From contig CAZMAK010000001.1 of the NCBI GenBank assembly GCA_964564245.1, positions 48,989 through 112,988 of the forward strand: DNA of 64,000 bases, read 5' to 3'. Shown in pieces: positions 1 through 9,307 of the stretch. Every line of letters starts with the position of its first letter. Position 1 is the stretch's first letter. This stretch comes from an uncultured Ectothiorhodospiraceae bacterium (GTDB taxonomy: Bacteria > Pseudomonadota > Gammaproteobacteria > UBA9214). The notes below the pieces were generated by a model that saw only the letters and a program-made list of their open reading frames with translations, ran no database searches and was not told where the DNA came from. The position numbers were made by a program, and so were the translations under genes.

Positions 1-1
1 G

Positions 2-176
2 TTTCTCGACGGCACCGCGGCGCTGCACCGGCTGAACCCGTTCTTCACGCGCAGTGAGGGCCCCGGGCTGCAACGCACCTATACCTTCGACTACAGCGTC
101 GACGGTTTCGGCCGCCGTACCGGCTGCGTGATCCTGCGCAACCGCCGGATCACCACCGTGTTGCTCGATGGCTGAT
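2..176 (+). CDS. 3' end of a gene of unknown function (partial; start is before the window)
   Basis: Open frame from the window edge ending at TGA 174-176. The ATGGCTGA overlap with the next ORF start at 168 suggests translational coupling. Confidence 0.3.
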
Positions 177-536
177 ACCCCGCTTTCGGTGGATGAATTC
201 CGTGCCGGACTGGCTGACCGCGGGGAGGACTACCAGCTGCTCGGGCGACACGGGGATGACGAGGTCCGCATCCGCTTTACCGGCACCTTCGAGGGTGCAG
301 ACATCCTCTGGGATGCCACGCTACGGGCACAGGGCAAACACCACCCGGGCAGGCAGTTCATCGACATTGCCGGAAGCGGGCATCCACTGCGGCGTATCGT
401 GGTCGGGCTGAACGTGGACACCCTCGACCGGGCGACCCTGCTCAAAACAATCATCATGGTCAGGAACTACAAACGGCTGCATACCGGGCGCCACGAGTTC
501 GGCAAGCCGGGTGATCGGGACGCCACGCTGTTATAA
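168..536 (+). CDS. hypothetical protein (122 aa)
   Basis: ORF track. The ATG overlaps the upstream stop. No recognisable motif. Confidence 0.4.
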   Translation: MADTPLSVDEFRAGLADRGEDYQLLGRHGDDEVRIRFTGTFEGADILWDATLRAQGKHHPGRQFIDIAGSGHPLRRIVVGLNVDTLDRATLLKTIIMVRNYKRLHTGRHEFGKPGDRDATLL

Positions 537-569
537 TCCCCCTCAGCCGGACCATCCCAGGAATGCAGC

Positions 570-809
570 ATGCCCTATTACATCTACATCGTGACCAGCA
601 ACTTGTCATCGGCATCGAAGTCGGTCACCCGGGTCAGCGAGTTTGACAGCTTCAAGCAGGCAAAATCCGAAGTCAGGCGACTGCGTACGGAACAGCCACT
701 GGCGGATAACCAGATCTACAAGGTCATGTTCGCGGATGATGAGGCCGAGGCGGAAAAGAAACTCAGGGAAGTGCGCGAGGAACCCATTGCCAGGGAATGG
801 GAAAAATAG
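570..809 (+). CDS. small hypothetical protein (79 aa) with a highly charged C-terminal half
   Basis: ORF track. 33-nt gap after the previous gene, same strand. KE-rich helix-like C-terminus. Confidence 0.4.
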   Translation: MPYYIYIVTSNLSSASKSVTRVSEFDSFKQAKSEVRRLRTEQPLADNQIYKVMFADDEAEAEKKLREVREEPIAREWEK

Positions 810-821
810 CATCCGGCGACC

Positions 822-1286
822 ATGGACGAGCAGCAGTACAAGACCACCTATCTGGCCGTCAATGAACGGCGCTGCGTATTTGAAAAGGCGATCAGTTCAC
901 GACGCAGCACGTGCAGCAAGTCGGTGCGTTTCCACATTGCGGACCGGGAAGGGATTTCCTGCAAATCCGCCGCGGGCAACGCGCTGTGCACGGAATTGCT
1001 GAGCCTGATGCGCAGCAATGCCCGGTTTGCCCTGCACCTGACGCATGCCGAGGGACCGTTGCCGCATGCCAAGGAGATCCGGGTTCAGACGGGTGGCATG
1101 CTGGGGCTGCAGTCGGTCCTGTATCCCGACCGGCAGGGGCTGACGGATGTCGATGACATCATCGGCCTGATCGATGCCGGCCTGCAACGCTACAGCAGCC
1201 TGGAACGGTTCCCCTTCGAGCAGATCGTCCAGAACATCGTGCACTTCGAGGGCCGCCGGAAACACGGCAGCCGCGACGAGGACTGA
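822..1286 (+). CDS. hypothetical protein (154 aa) with four Cys
   Basis: ORF track. 12-nt gap after the previous gene. Fourth member of a co-directional cluster of unknown genes. Confidence 0.4.
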   Translation: MDEQQYKTTYLAVNERRCVFEKAISSRRSTCSKSVRFHIADREGISCKSAAGNALCTELLSLMRSNARFALHLTHAEGPLPHAKEIRVQTGGMLGLQSVLYPDRQGLTDVDDIIGLIDAGLQRYSSLERFPFEQIVQNIVHFEGRRKHGSRDED

Positions 1287-1305
1287 TCGGGCCGCTCCGG
1301 CGCCG

Positions 1306-1980
1306 TCACTTGCCGCCCAGGAATATCGTGTCACTGACCACCGGACTGAGCGTTTCGACCACGGCATCGTTCAGCGTGGAATGCCGACGCACCTGGAAAT
1401 AGACGCGCTTGGTGCCGCTGCCGGGACTCAGCACGAATGGGGACGAGGCTGTGAAGTCCTGCCAGCTGGCATCACTGAAATCGGCGTGCTCGCTGGCACG
1501 GTACTGGGTCACCTTGCCGGACACGGAGGCATCTAGCGTCACCTTGCCTGACCCGGTCCGGGCCGCACCCCGGTTGATCACGAAATGCGTGACCTGCAAC
1601 CCGCCATGCCGCTGCGCGCTCGCCGTGCCTGACGTGCTGCAGACCGGTCCGCCACCACCACCGGTCAGTGAAAGCACCAGCATGCGACTGGTACTGGATG
1701 TGACCAGTCGTTCCTGTTCCGATTTGTAACCGTCCCTGGACGCGGTGACCAGTAACTCTGCACGCGGCAGGGATTCAAACACGACGTACCCGTTGGCATC
1801 CGTGACCTTGCCCCCGAACTGGTCAATCCGCGCCTGTGTCCCCAGGCAGACCGAGACCCCGGCCATGGGCTTGCTTGCACCCCGCTCAAACACACGCACC
1901 CGCAGATCCGCTGCCTGGACTGCCTGCAGCGCAGCGAAGTACAGCAGTACCGCCGACATCACACACCCTAGCCGTTTCAT
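1306..1980 (-). CDS. secreted protein with a carboxypeptidase-regulatory-like (transthyretin-like) beta-sandwich domain
   Basis: Signal peptide MKRLGCVMSAVLLYFAALQAVQA. Segment DLRVRVFERG...GVSVCLG...TDANGYVVFESL is typical of CarbopepD_reg-like domains. Start chosen at MKRL inside the track ORF. Confidence 0.5.
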   Translation of the reverse strand: MKRLGCVMSAVLLYFAALQAVQAADLRVRVFERGASKPMAGVSVCLGTQARIDQFGGKVTDANGYVVFESLPRAELLVTASRDGYKSEQERLVTSSTSRMLVLSLTGGGGGPVCSTSGTASAQRHGGLQVTHFVINRGAARTGSGKVTLDASVSGKVTQYRASEHADFSDASWQDFTASSPFVLSPGSGTKRVYFQVRRHSTLNDAVVETLSPVVSDTIFLGGK

Positions 1981-2110
1981 AGACACACCCCGCCGTGATA
2001 GGTCACACATTCACCGGTCATTACCGGGAACCGGTTCATTAAACATCCATCGGCATCAATAACAGAATATTGACAGAATTACCCGGACTGTCCGCACATT
2101 CCCCCGGCAT

Positions 2111-2668
2111 TCAGTCCCCCGTGCCCACCGGCGGCCGCGCTGCCAGTTCCAGCAGGACCTTGCGCAGGTCCGCTTCCAGGACCGGGAAACTCAACGCGTG
2201 GTGGACCGGGAGCCGGTCACGCAACTTGTTGAACGGAGAACTGAATTCTTCCTCGTAGAATACGATCACCCGGGTGCCGGGTAAACGTTGCACCACCGCC
2301 AGCAGGGACTCCAGGCTACTGGTCCGGTCGCGGAAATCGGACTGAAAGTTGTATTCCGCCACGATTACGTCGGGACAGCGCCGTCTGATCCCGGCGATGG
2401 CCTTGCGCATGCGCGTCTCGACGATCACCTCATAGCCGAGGCTTTCGTAGACCGGCCGGAAATTCGGATATCCACCCAGTTCGATGATGGAAAGCAGGAG
2501 TTTCTGTCCCGGTTGATCGCCCACGCTGCCGTCTCGAATCAGTGCGCGGCGTGCCGCCGGCAGGACGAATCCGTCGCCGGCCATGCCCTGGCGAACCGTG
2601 CAGATGCACCTGCCCGGACCCGGCCAGGCGCTCCGCCGTCCACTGCCTGCCGGAAATGGATCGGACAC
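2111..2668 (-). CDS. CheY-like pseudo-receiver domain protein (non-canonical)
   Basis: Alternating beta/alpha pattern: LLLSIIE, YEVIVE, DVIVAEYNF, RVIVFYEE. The phospho-acceptor Asp position holds Glu. GTG start per track; alternative ATG (MAGDGF) near 2584. Confidence 0.3.
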   Translation of the reverse strand: MSDPFPAGSGRRSAWPGPGRCICTVRQGMAGDGFVLPAARRALIRDGSVGDQPGQKLLLSIIELGGYPNFRPVYESLGYEVIVETRMRKAIAGIRRRCPDVIVAEYNFQSDFRDRTSSLESLLAVVQRLPGTRVIVFYEEEFSSPFNKLRDRLPVHHALSFPVLEADLRKVLLELAARPPVGTGD

Positions 2669-2679
2669 ATCCCGTCAAG

Positions 2680-2862
2680 ACACTGACGATATATATCTAT
2701 CCGATTGTATTTATTTAAAAATATTTTCATCTCCATATTTTTTAATATTTTATTAATTTAGATATTGCTTATTTAAGCGTTTGCTTATATATTTATTACT
2801 GTCCTTGCTGACAACACAAATTCCAACCAACTCATACACAAACTGACTGACAGGAGAACGAC
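2680..2862 (+). promoter_or_regulatory. AT-rich promoter island upstream of the Gly/Tyr-repeat protein gene
   Basis: About 180 bp of AT-rich sequence (tatatatctat...atttatttaaaaatatttt...) in an otherwise GC-rich window. RBS CAGGAG 7 nt before the ATG at 2863. Exact -35/-10 not assignable. Confidence 0.4.
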
Positions 2863-3204
2863 ATGAAGACTATCGCAACAGTAATTACGGCCGCCACTCT
2901 GGCAATCGCCTCTACCGCCGCTTCCGCCTGGGGCTGGGGTCCTTACGGCAACAACGGTTACAACAACAACGGCTGGGGCGACGGCTGGGGCGACGGCGAC
3001 GTCGACGGCGGCTTTAACATGAACTTCAGCGGGCACGGTAGCGGTCGTGGCTACGGTCGTGGCTACGGTCGTGGCTACAACAGCTACTACGATGGTTATG
3101 CCCCCTACGGCTATGCCCCCTACGGCTACGCCCCTTACGGCTATGCCCCGGCTCCCGCTCCGGTCGCCCCGGCTGCCCCGGCTACCGACACGACGACCAG
3201 GTAA
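2863..3204 (+). CDS. secreted Gly/Tyr-rich tandem-repeat protein, sulfur-globule-envelope-protein-like
   Basis: Signal peptide [22 protein letters not shown]. Mature part is low-complexity: (GYGR)x3, (YAPYG)x4, GWGDG repeats, Pro/Ala tail. Has RBS, AT-rich promoter and intrinsic terminator. Size and composition match Sgp proteins of purple sulfur bacteria. Functional call is an inference. Confidence 0.55.
   Translation: MKTIATVITAATLAIASTAASAWGWGPYGNNGYNNNGWGDGWGDGDVDGGFNMNFSGHGSGRGYGRGYGRGYNSYYDGYAPYGYAPYGYAPYGYAPAPAPVAPAAPATDTTTR
3043..3078 (+). repeat. 3 x 12-nt tandem repeat (ggtcgtggctac) encoding (GRGY)3
   Basis: Read directly in the sequence, in frame with the sgp-like ORF. Confidence 0.85.
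3097..3150 (+). repeat. 3.5 x 15-nt tandem repeat (tatgccccctacggc) encoding (YAPYG)n
   Basis: Read directly in the sequence, with minor third-position variation. Confidence 0.85.
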
Positions 3205-3232
3205 CACGGTCTGTCAACCCGGTAAGGCCGGA

Positions 3233-3263
3233 CGGGGGGACCAGCAGGTCCCCCCGTGTTTTT
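3233..3263 (+). terminator. rho-independent terminator of the sgp-like gene
   Basis: 10-bp GC stem cggggggacc/ggtcccccc(g) with a 4-nt loop, followed by gtTTTTTat. Lies 29 nt after the TAA at 3202-3204. Confidence 0.65.
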
Positions 3264-3289
3264 ATCTGCGGGAAGAACCGGTACGGACC

Positions 3290-3622
3290 CTACTCGGGTG
3301 GCATGTCGGTCAGGTTGGTCTGACAAAGCACCCCGCGCATGGTGCCGATCAGGTCAAGCAGCTTGTCGTTGCTGACACTGTAGTAGATCCGGTTGGCGTC
3401 ACGGCGTGAACGAACGATGTTCTTGTTGCGCAACTGGTCCAGGTGCTGGGAGACATTGCTTTGTGAGGTACCGATCTTCTCGACGATCTCACCCACGGAC
3501 ATCTCCTGGTTACCCAGGGTGCAGAGGATCTTCCAGCGCAGTGGATGTCCCATCGCCTTGAGGGCTTCAGCAGTGAGTGTGATATCCTCTTCCGGCAGGT
3601 TTTCTTCGATGTCCGCCATCAA
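3290..3622 (-). CDS. ArsR/SmtB-family HTH transcriptional regulator (two-Cys, SqrR/BigR-like arrangement)
   Basis: HTH segment MSVGEIVEKIGTSQSNVSQHLDQLRNKNIV is typical of ArsR. Cys in alpha2 (KILCTL) and near the C-terminus (GVLCQT). RBS AGGAG 6 nt upstream of the ATG. Confidence 0.8.
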   Translation of the reverse strand: MMADIEENLPEEDITLTAEALKAMGHPLRWKILCTLGNQEMSVGEIVEKIGTSQSNVSQHLDQLRNKNIVRSRRDANRIYYSVSNDKLLDLIGTMRGVLCQTNLTDMPPE

Positions 3623-3695
3623 TTGCTCCTGGTCATGCTGTTCCTAGTGTACGATCTGTCCCTCGACCTGCAAACCGTGACCCTCCCTGGCCGGT

Positions 3696-4547
3696 TCAGC
3701 AGGACTCCATACGAGTATACCCCGTCATATCCTTTGCAATGCAGATTATGTCCGTGATTACACCGTTCTCATCCTTGATCGCGGTACGGGAAAACAGGAT
3801 CGGCACCCGGCGCTGGTCCTTGGCGATAAAGCTTGCCTCGATGCTGCTGATGGTACCGGTCCGGATCAGCGCCTCCAGCCAGGTACCCATGAATGCATTG
3901 GCCCGCTCGGCCTCTTCCTCTTCGAACACGTCACCGATCGCCATGCCCAGGAGCTCGCTCTCCGGGTAATCCAGCAGGTGGCAGGTGCTCGGATTGACGG
4001 CGGTGATTTTTCCTACGGGGTCAAGCACCAGCAACGCCTCGCCCATGTTGCTGATGATCTTTTCCAGGTAGGTACGCGCCTCGCGCAGCTCACGGGTCCG
4101 CTCCTCGACCAGCGCCTCGAGCCGCGTGTTGAGTTCGCGCTCCTTCTCGATCAGCCGCAGGTAGGTGCTGATCTTGTTGATGAGCTGGTTGTCGTCGATC
4201 GGCTTCAGCAGGTAGTCGGCGGCACCGACTTCATAGCCCTTCTGCTGGAATTCATCGGTCTTGTAGGCCGCGGTAAGAAAGATGATCGGGATATCCCGGG
4301 TTTTCTGGCGTACCTTGAGCATGGAGGCCGTCTGGAAGCCATCCATCTCCGGCATCTGTACATCCAGCACGATCAGGTCGATGCGGGGATTGTGCAGCGC
4401 GATGTCCAGTGCGGCCTGCCCGGAATTCGCCTCCAGCACCTCGACGTCCATGTAGCGGTTGATCAGCGCCCGCAGTGTAAACAGGTTGTTCTCGATATCA
4501 TCGACGATCAGGATCCGAAAACCGGCGTAACGTTTCCTGTCTCCCAT
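3696..4547 (-). CDS. response regulator, receiver plus PAS domain
   Basis: ILIVDD...DLIVLDVQMPEMDG...IIFLTA receiver motifs. C-terminal PAS-like region. Stop/start overlap with the upstream kinase. Confidence 0.8.
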   Translation of the reverse strand: MGDRKRYAGFRILIVDDIENNLFTLRALINRYMDVEVLEANSGQAALDIALHNPRIDLIVLDVQMPEMDGFQTASMLKVRQKTRDIPIIFLTAAYKTDEFQQKGYEVGAADYLLKPIDDNQLINKISTYLRLIEKERELNTRLEALVEERTRELREARTYLEKIISNMGEALLVLDPVGKITAVNPSTCHLLDYPESELLGMAIGDVFEEEEAERANAFMGTWLEALIRTGTISSIEASFIAKDQRRVPILFSRTAIKDENGVITDIICIAKDMTGYTRMESC

Positions 4548-6898
4548 CAGATTTCCCCGCTGCTGTTGCCGGTGCCGAGATAGCGGTCCAGCAGTGATTT
4601 CAGTTCTGTTGTGTCAAGCGGCTTGATGACGCAGTCGTTGGCGCCGGATTCCCTGCACATGCGCAGATCCCTTTCGTCTCCCACGGCGGTCAGTGCGATG
4701 ATCGGCAGATTCTGCAGCTGCGGCTGCCCGCGGATACGCCGGATGGTTTCGTAGCCATCCATGCCGGGCATCATTATATCCATAAACACCAGGCTGAATT
4801 CACCGTCGGTGGACAGTGTTTCCAGCGCCTCCGGGCCATCGCCGGCGGCCATGACCTGCAGGTTCCAGCCCTCCAGCAACGGCGTCAGGGCCAGCAGGTT
4901 ACGCACATCATCGTCGACCAGCAATACCCGTGCCGCGCCGTAATCGGCCGCGGGAATCGCCTGTTCCGCCGGCTTGCCGGGACGGACCGCCGGGAGCGGC
5001 CCGGCCGGCATGTCATTCGTATCGGCGGGCATCTCGGCAGGCAGGTACAGGGTGAAACTCGATCCGGTACCGGGTGTGCTCTCTGCGCGGATGTCACCGC
5101 CGAGCAACCAGGCCAGTTCACGGCTGATCGTCAGCCCCAGCCCGGTGCCGCCAAAGCGCCGGCTGGTCGAGCCGTCCGCCTGCTTGAAGGCCTCGAACAC
5201 CAGGTCGAGCTTGTCCGGGGCGATGCCGATCCCGGTATCCGTGACCCGGATACACACCGGGTAACTGATGCCACCCGCCGATTCCTCGCCCAGCAGCTCG
5301 AAACGGATGCCGCCATGGCTGGTGAACTTGACCGCATTCGACAGAAAATTGATGAGGATCTGGCGGATTTTCTCGCCATCGCTGATGACCGTCTCCGGGG
5401 CCGCGGGATCCACCGTGAGTTGCAGGGTCAGCCGCTTTTCATCCAGTTGCGGCCGCATCAGGTCCTGCACATGATCCAGCAAGCTGCGCAACTGCACCGG
5501 CTCCCTGACCAGGGTCATCTGCCGGGCCTCCACGCGGGACAGGTCCAGGATATTGTCGATGAGCGCCTTCAGGTCGGTACCGGCGTCATGGATGACCCGC
5601 GCCTGGCGGACCTTGTCCTCCGGCAGATTTCCTTCCGCGAGCATCTTGGAAAGCAGCAGGATGGAATTCAGCGGGGTGCGTAACTCGTGACTGACGTTGG
5701 CCAGGAATTCCGACTTGTAGCGATTCGATTCCTCGAGCTCGGCGGCGTAGTCATGCAGGGCACGGGTGTTGGCTGCGTGGGTTGCGGCCAGCCGCGTCAG
5801 GTTCTGTCCCAGTTCCTGCAATTCCCGCGGCTGGGACCAGGCGAACACCACGCCCTCGTCCCGCTCCAGCACCCGGGCGATCCGGTCGGTCAGTTCCTGT
5901 CCCAGACGCTCGATCCTGACCGCGATCAGCCGGGCCACCACGAACACCACCACCAGCAGGCCGACCACGATCAGCACGACACGCAGTTCCACCGCACGCT
6001 GCAGGGTGGCCAGTGGCGACGCGTCCACGCTGCGCCCGACCCAGAGCGTGCCGTAGTCCTGCGTATAGAACAGGGGCACCCATAACACCTGCTGGTTGCC
6101 GTATTCCCACAGGCCCAGTTCCCCCTTGCTGAACAGCTGCTGCAGACCCTGGAAGTCATCGAATGCGGAACTGCGCCGGGTCTCACCGTTCGCCGAGGGC
6201 AGGTACTGGCCGTCTCCGAGCACCCAGTAATTGCCCCGGTAGGCACTGGCCAGCCCGCCCAGGTCGAGATACACGATGACCGTGCCGCGCGGCTCGGGCA
6301 TCTCGCCCGATTCCGTGGGCATGGCCGGTATCATGACCGGGCTGATCAGGCTCATCTGCATGAACCGGTTTGGCGCGGTCACGCTGGCACCGCGGTCAAA
6401 CATGATCGGCCCGTTCATGACGGCGCCCGGACGCAGGGTCTTGCTGGCCTCGAGCAGTTCCGGGTTGATGGCCGCGTGCTTTTTCTTCCGGACCTCCATG
6501 CGCCCCGTGCTCTTGTTGCGATCCAGCCAGAACTCCGGGCTCCCGTCGGTCCTGAGAAACAGGATCTGCGTTACGTCCAGCTGGTCACTCAACACCTGGT
6601 TCACCCAGTTCACGTACGCTTTCCGGGAAGCATCGAGTTCCTGCTGATTCTGTTTCGACGTGGTGGTGCGCAACAACCCGGGCTCAGGCATCTTGGCAAG
6701 CAGTCTTGCCGTCTCGTGACGCCGCGCAAGGTGCTGGTCCAGGTCGCTGAACTCGGCGCGCAGGTTCTGCAGGTGTGCCTTGTGATACAGCAATTCGATC
6801 TTGTCAAAGATCATCGGTACATTGATCACGAATGAAACCAGCAGCGGTACCATGCTGAACAGGATCAGGTACAGGGAAATCCGGGTACGCAGCTTCAT
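4547..6898 (-). CDS. hybrid sensor histidine kinase (periplasmic sensor, TM, HisKA, HATPase, C-terminal receiver)
   Basis: H-box SHELRTPLNS. HATPase G-boxes DTGIGI and GGTGLGL. C-terminal VLLVDDD...MDIMMPGMDG receiver. Confidence 0.85.
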   Translation of the reverse strand: MKLRTRISLYLILFSMVPLLVSFVINVPMIFDKIELLYHKAHLQNLRAEFSDLDQHLARRHETARLLAKMPEPGLLRTTTSKQNQQELDASRKAYVNWVNQVLSDQLDVTQILFLRTDGSPEFWLDRNKSTGRMEVRKKKHAAINPELLEASKTLRPGAVMNGPIMFDRGASVTAPNRFMQMSLISPVMIPAMPTESGEMPEPRGTVIVYLDLGGLASAYRGNYWVLGDGQYLPSANGETRRSSAFDDFQGLQQLFSKGELGLWEYGNQQVLWVPLFYTQDYGTLWVGRSVDASPLATLQRAVELRVVLIVVGLLVVVFVVARLIAVRIERLGQELTDRIARVLERDEGVVFAWSQPRELQELGQNLTRLAATHAANTRALHDYAAELEESNRYKSEFLANVSHELRTPLNSILLLSKMLAEGNLPEDKVRQARVIHDAGTDLKALIDNILDLSRVEARQMTLVREPVQLRSLLDHVQDLMRPQLDEKRLTLQLTVDPAAPETVISDGEKIRQILINFLSNAVKFTSHGGIRFELLGEESAGGISYPVCIRVTDTGIGIAPDKLDLVFEAFKQADGSTSRRFGGTGLGLTISRELAWLLGGDIRAESTPGTGSSFTLYLPAEMPADTNDMPAGPLPAVRPGKPAEQAIPAADYGAARVLLVDDDVRNLLALTPLLEGWNLQVMAAGDGPEALETLSTDGEFSLVFMDIMMPGMDGYETIRRIRGQPQLQNLPIIALTAVGDERDLRMCRESGANDCVIKPLDTTELKSLLDRYLGTGNSSGEI

Positions 6899-6998
6899 CC
6901 GTCACCTTCGGGACAGCAATTGCTCATATGACCGCCTGGACCGGCGGACAACACTGTAACACGGGCGGCACGGGGTTCCGCCACTGCCAGGCCGCCCG

Positions 6999-7751
6999 CT
7001 AGTCCAGGTAGCGTGCCTGCCACTCCAGGAACTTGCCATGGGCATAGGCGGCATAGGACTCCGGGTCGGAAAACCGTGCGGGGTCGATGGGATCGTAGAT
7101 ATAGAAGTTCACCCGGTTATTGCGGGTGGTGCTCATATGCCAGATCTTGTGCAGCAGGGTCTGGGGATCGCGCCATTCAAAATCGTCCTGGGACTCGTAG
7201 TGGAGGAATACCGGCAGGATCGGAATGCCGCTACGCAGGGAAATGTCGAACGCCCCGTAACGGAATGACTCGAAGATGCGCCGGCCCTTGCAGCCGCCCT
7301 CCGGATACAGTGCGATGTTCCTGCCGTTGCGCAGTTCACGATCGATTTCCTCCGCCGCGGCATTGCGCGATTCCTTCGACTCACGCTGCACGTAGAGCGA
7401 CCCGGAGGCGGTGCTGATGCGACCGACGATCCACCAGTCCCTGACCTCGATCTTGGCCAGCGAATGCACCGGAAACACCGCCGGTATCCCGATATCCTCG
7501 AACGCCGAGGGATGGTTCGCGATCAGGATGTACTGCTTCGGCAGGCCCTTGCCGGTGTATTTCTGGTGGACCCGCAGATCGACCCCCAGTGCTCGCACGA
7601 AACTGCGCGCCCAGAAGCGGAACAGCGGGAAGTAGCAGGTACCGACCAGCGCCCGCGGCAGCCATGACAGCAGGTACATGAACAGGGTGAACACGGCGAG
7701 CTCCGTCCAGCAGAGGATTCGCCAGGCCAGTCTGGATACGAAACGGATCAC
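6999..7751 (-). CDS. lysophospholipid (1-acyl-glycerol-3-phosphate-type) acyltransferase
   Basis: NHPSAFED (HX4-5D-like) and YPEGG motifs. N-terminal TM segment. Directly downstream of the secretin gene on the same strand. Confidence 0.7.
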   Translation of the reverse strand: MIRFVSRLAWRILCWTELAVFTLFMYLLSWLPRALVGTCYFPLFRFWARSFVRALGVDLRVHQKYTGKGLPKQYILIANHPSAFEDIGIPAVFPVHSLAKIEVRDWWIVGRISTASGSLYVQRESKESRNAAAEEIDRELRNGRNIALYPEGGCKGRRIFESFRYGAFDISLRSGIPILPVFLHYESQDDFEWRDPQTLLHKIWHMSTTRNNRVNFYIYDPIDPARFSDPESYAAYAHGKFLEWQARYLD

Positions 7752-7900
7752 CGCCCCTGCCTGCTCCTGTCGTTACCCGACGCCTGCATCTTAGCAGTCA
7801 CGTACCACACCTTGCCACAGGCGGCACGGGGCCGGCGCCCGGCATGCCGGGCCACGTGCCGGTACCGTACTGTCCCGCACGAAGGTGTTCCAGGCACCGG

Positions 7901-9307
7901 CTAGTACAGTACCCCGCTGTCCGCATCTTTCCCCGGGGCCGCCGTCCTGCTCCGTGTATCGCCCAGCAGACTCTTCAGCGAGTCCTCGATGTAACCGTGA
8001 TTGTTCAGCTCATGGTCGATTTCCCGGGGCCGCTTCTCGAGCTGCTCGGCCGCCGCGGCGACCTTCGGTGCATTTCCGCCGTCCAGCGGGACCTTGTCAT
8101 TATCGATCAGGTAGGGTGTCACCAGCACGATCAGCTCCGAGTTGTCGCTCTTGTGCAGGTCGTTCGAAAACAGCCTGCCGAGCACCGGAATATCGCCAAG
8201 CACCGGCACGCCTTCGCGGTTGCTGTTGTCATTGCGGGTGATCAGGCCGCCGATGAACACCGTCTGCCCGCTTTCAACCAGCATGGAAGTGGTAACCTCC
8301 GCCGTCGTCTGGTTGAGGACGTCCCCGCCGCTGACCTCGGGGTGTATGTTCAGGAAAATCCGCCCCTCCCCGTCCACGGACGGCTTGACCTTCATGATGA
8401 CACCCACTTCCTGGAACTGGACCGAGGTGGTGGTGACGTTGTCGATGGTGGTGGTGACGTTATAACCGAGTCGTTTGCCGATGATGGTTTCCGCCTCCTG
8501 GTCTTCCAGTGCCAGCAGCTTCGGCGTGGACAGGGTGCGGGTGCGGCCGCGCGTACGCAGGCTGTCCAGGAAGGCCTGTACGTTGGGGGTGACATAGTTG
8601 AAGTACAGACCGGGTGAACCCGCGTTCCCCAGACCCTGGGTACCGATCGTGGCGTCACCGGAGCGAAACACCCGGGTCCAGTCCAGGCCCCAGGATTCCT
8701 GGTCGGTCAGCGATACCTCCAGTATCTTCGCCTCGATCAGGATCTGGCGCGGCTGGCGGTCCACTGCGCGGAGCATCCGTTCCACGCGGCCGAGGAAGTA
8801 CGGTGTGTCCTCGACGATCAGCAACCGCCGCTCCGGCAGCGTCGTGATCTGTCCGTAACTCGACAGGTGTGACTTGAGGATCCCGGCCACCACCTCGGGG
8901 TCGGAATACTGCACCTTGTAGGTGCGCACCTCGGTCGGTCCGCCCGGATCGGACTTGCCGGCCTGGTCGCGTTCCACGATGAAGTAACTGCCATTGCGGC
9001 GTTCCACACCGTACCCGGCCGAGGAGGCGATCGAACGGATGGCGGCATCGACCTCCACGCCGTACAGGTTGACGGAAACCTTGCCCTTGACGTTTTCGGA
9101 AAGCAGGATGTTCACGCGCGCGGTACGCGACAGCATCTCCATGACCTCCGCGATGCCCACATTGCGCAGGGTCAGCGTGATCTTGCCGTCATGGTAGATA
9201 TCCTCCGGCGCAGCGCCGTGTGCCGGCAGGGCCAGCAACAGCCACACCACCGGCAGCAACAGCGCCGGCGCGAGCCGGGATCTACCATGTTCCGCTTGTC
9301 TTTGCAT
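7901..9307 (-). CDS. type IV pilus/MSHA-type secretin (GspD/PilQ/MshL family)
   Basis: Signal peptide. Secretin C-domain motifs VPVLGDIPVLGRLF and LIVLVTPYL. Start chosen at MQRQAEHG, with GGAGAGG just upstream. The track ORF extends to 9385. Confidence 0.85.
   Translation of the reverse strand: MQRQAEHGRSRLAPALLLPVVWLLLALPAHGAAPEDIYHDGKITLTLRNVGIAEVMEMLSRTARVNILLSENVKGKVSVNLYGVEVDAAIRSIASSAGYGVERRNGSYFIVERDQAGKSDPGGPTEVRTYKVQYSDPEVVAGILKSHLSSYGQITTLPERRLLIVEDTPYFLGRVERMLRAVDRQPRQILIEAKILEVSLTDQESWGLDWTRVFRSGDATIGTQGLGNAGSPGLYFNYVTPNVQAFLDSLRTRGRTRTLSTPKLLALEDQEAETIIGKRLGYNVTTTIDNVTTTSVQFQEVGVIMKVKPSVDGEGRIFLNIHPEVSGGDVLNQTTAEVTTSMLVESGQTVFIGGLITRNDNSNREGVPVLGDIPVLGRLFSNDLHKSDNSELIVLVTPYLIDNDKVPLDGGNAPKVAAAAEQLEKRPREIDHELNNHGYIEDSLKSLLGDTRSRTAAPGKDADSGVLY

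Noticed and set aside
2863-3204. Possibility that the Gly/Tyr-repeat ORF is a spurious low-complexity frame.
   Set aside because: It has a canonical signal peptide, an RBS, an AT-rich promoter and a strong terminator. Kept as a real gene.
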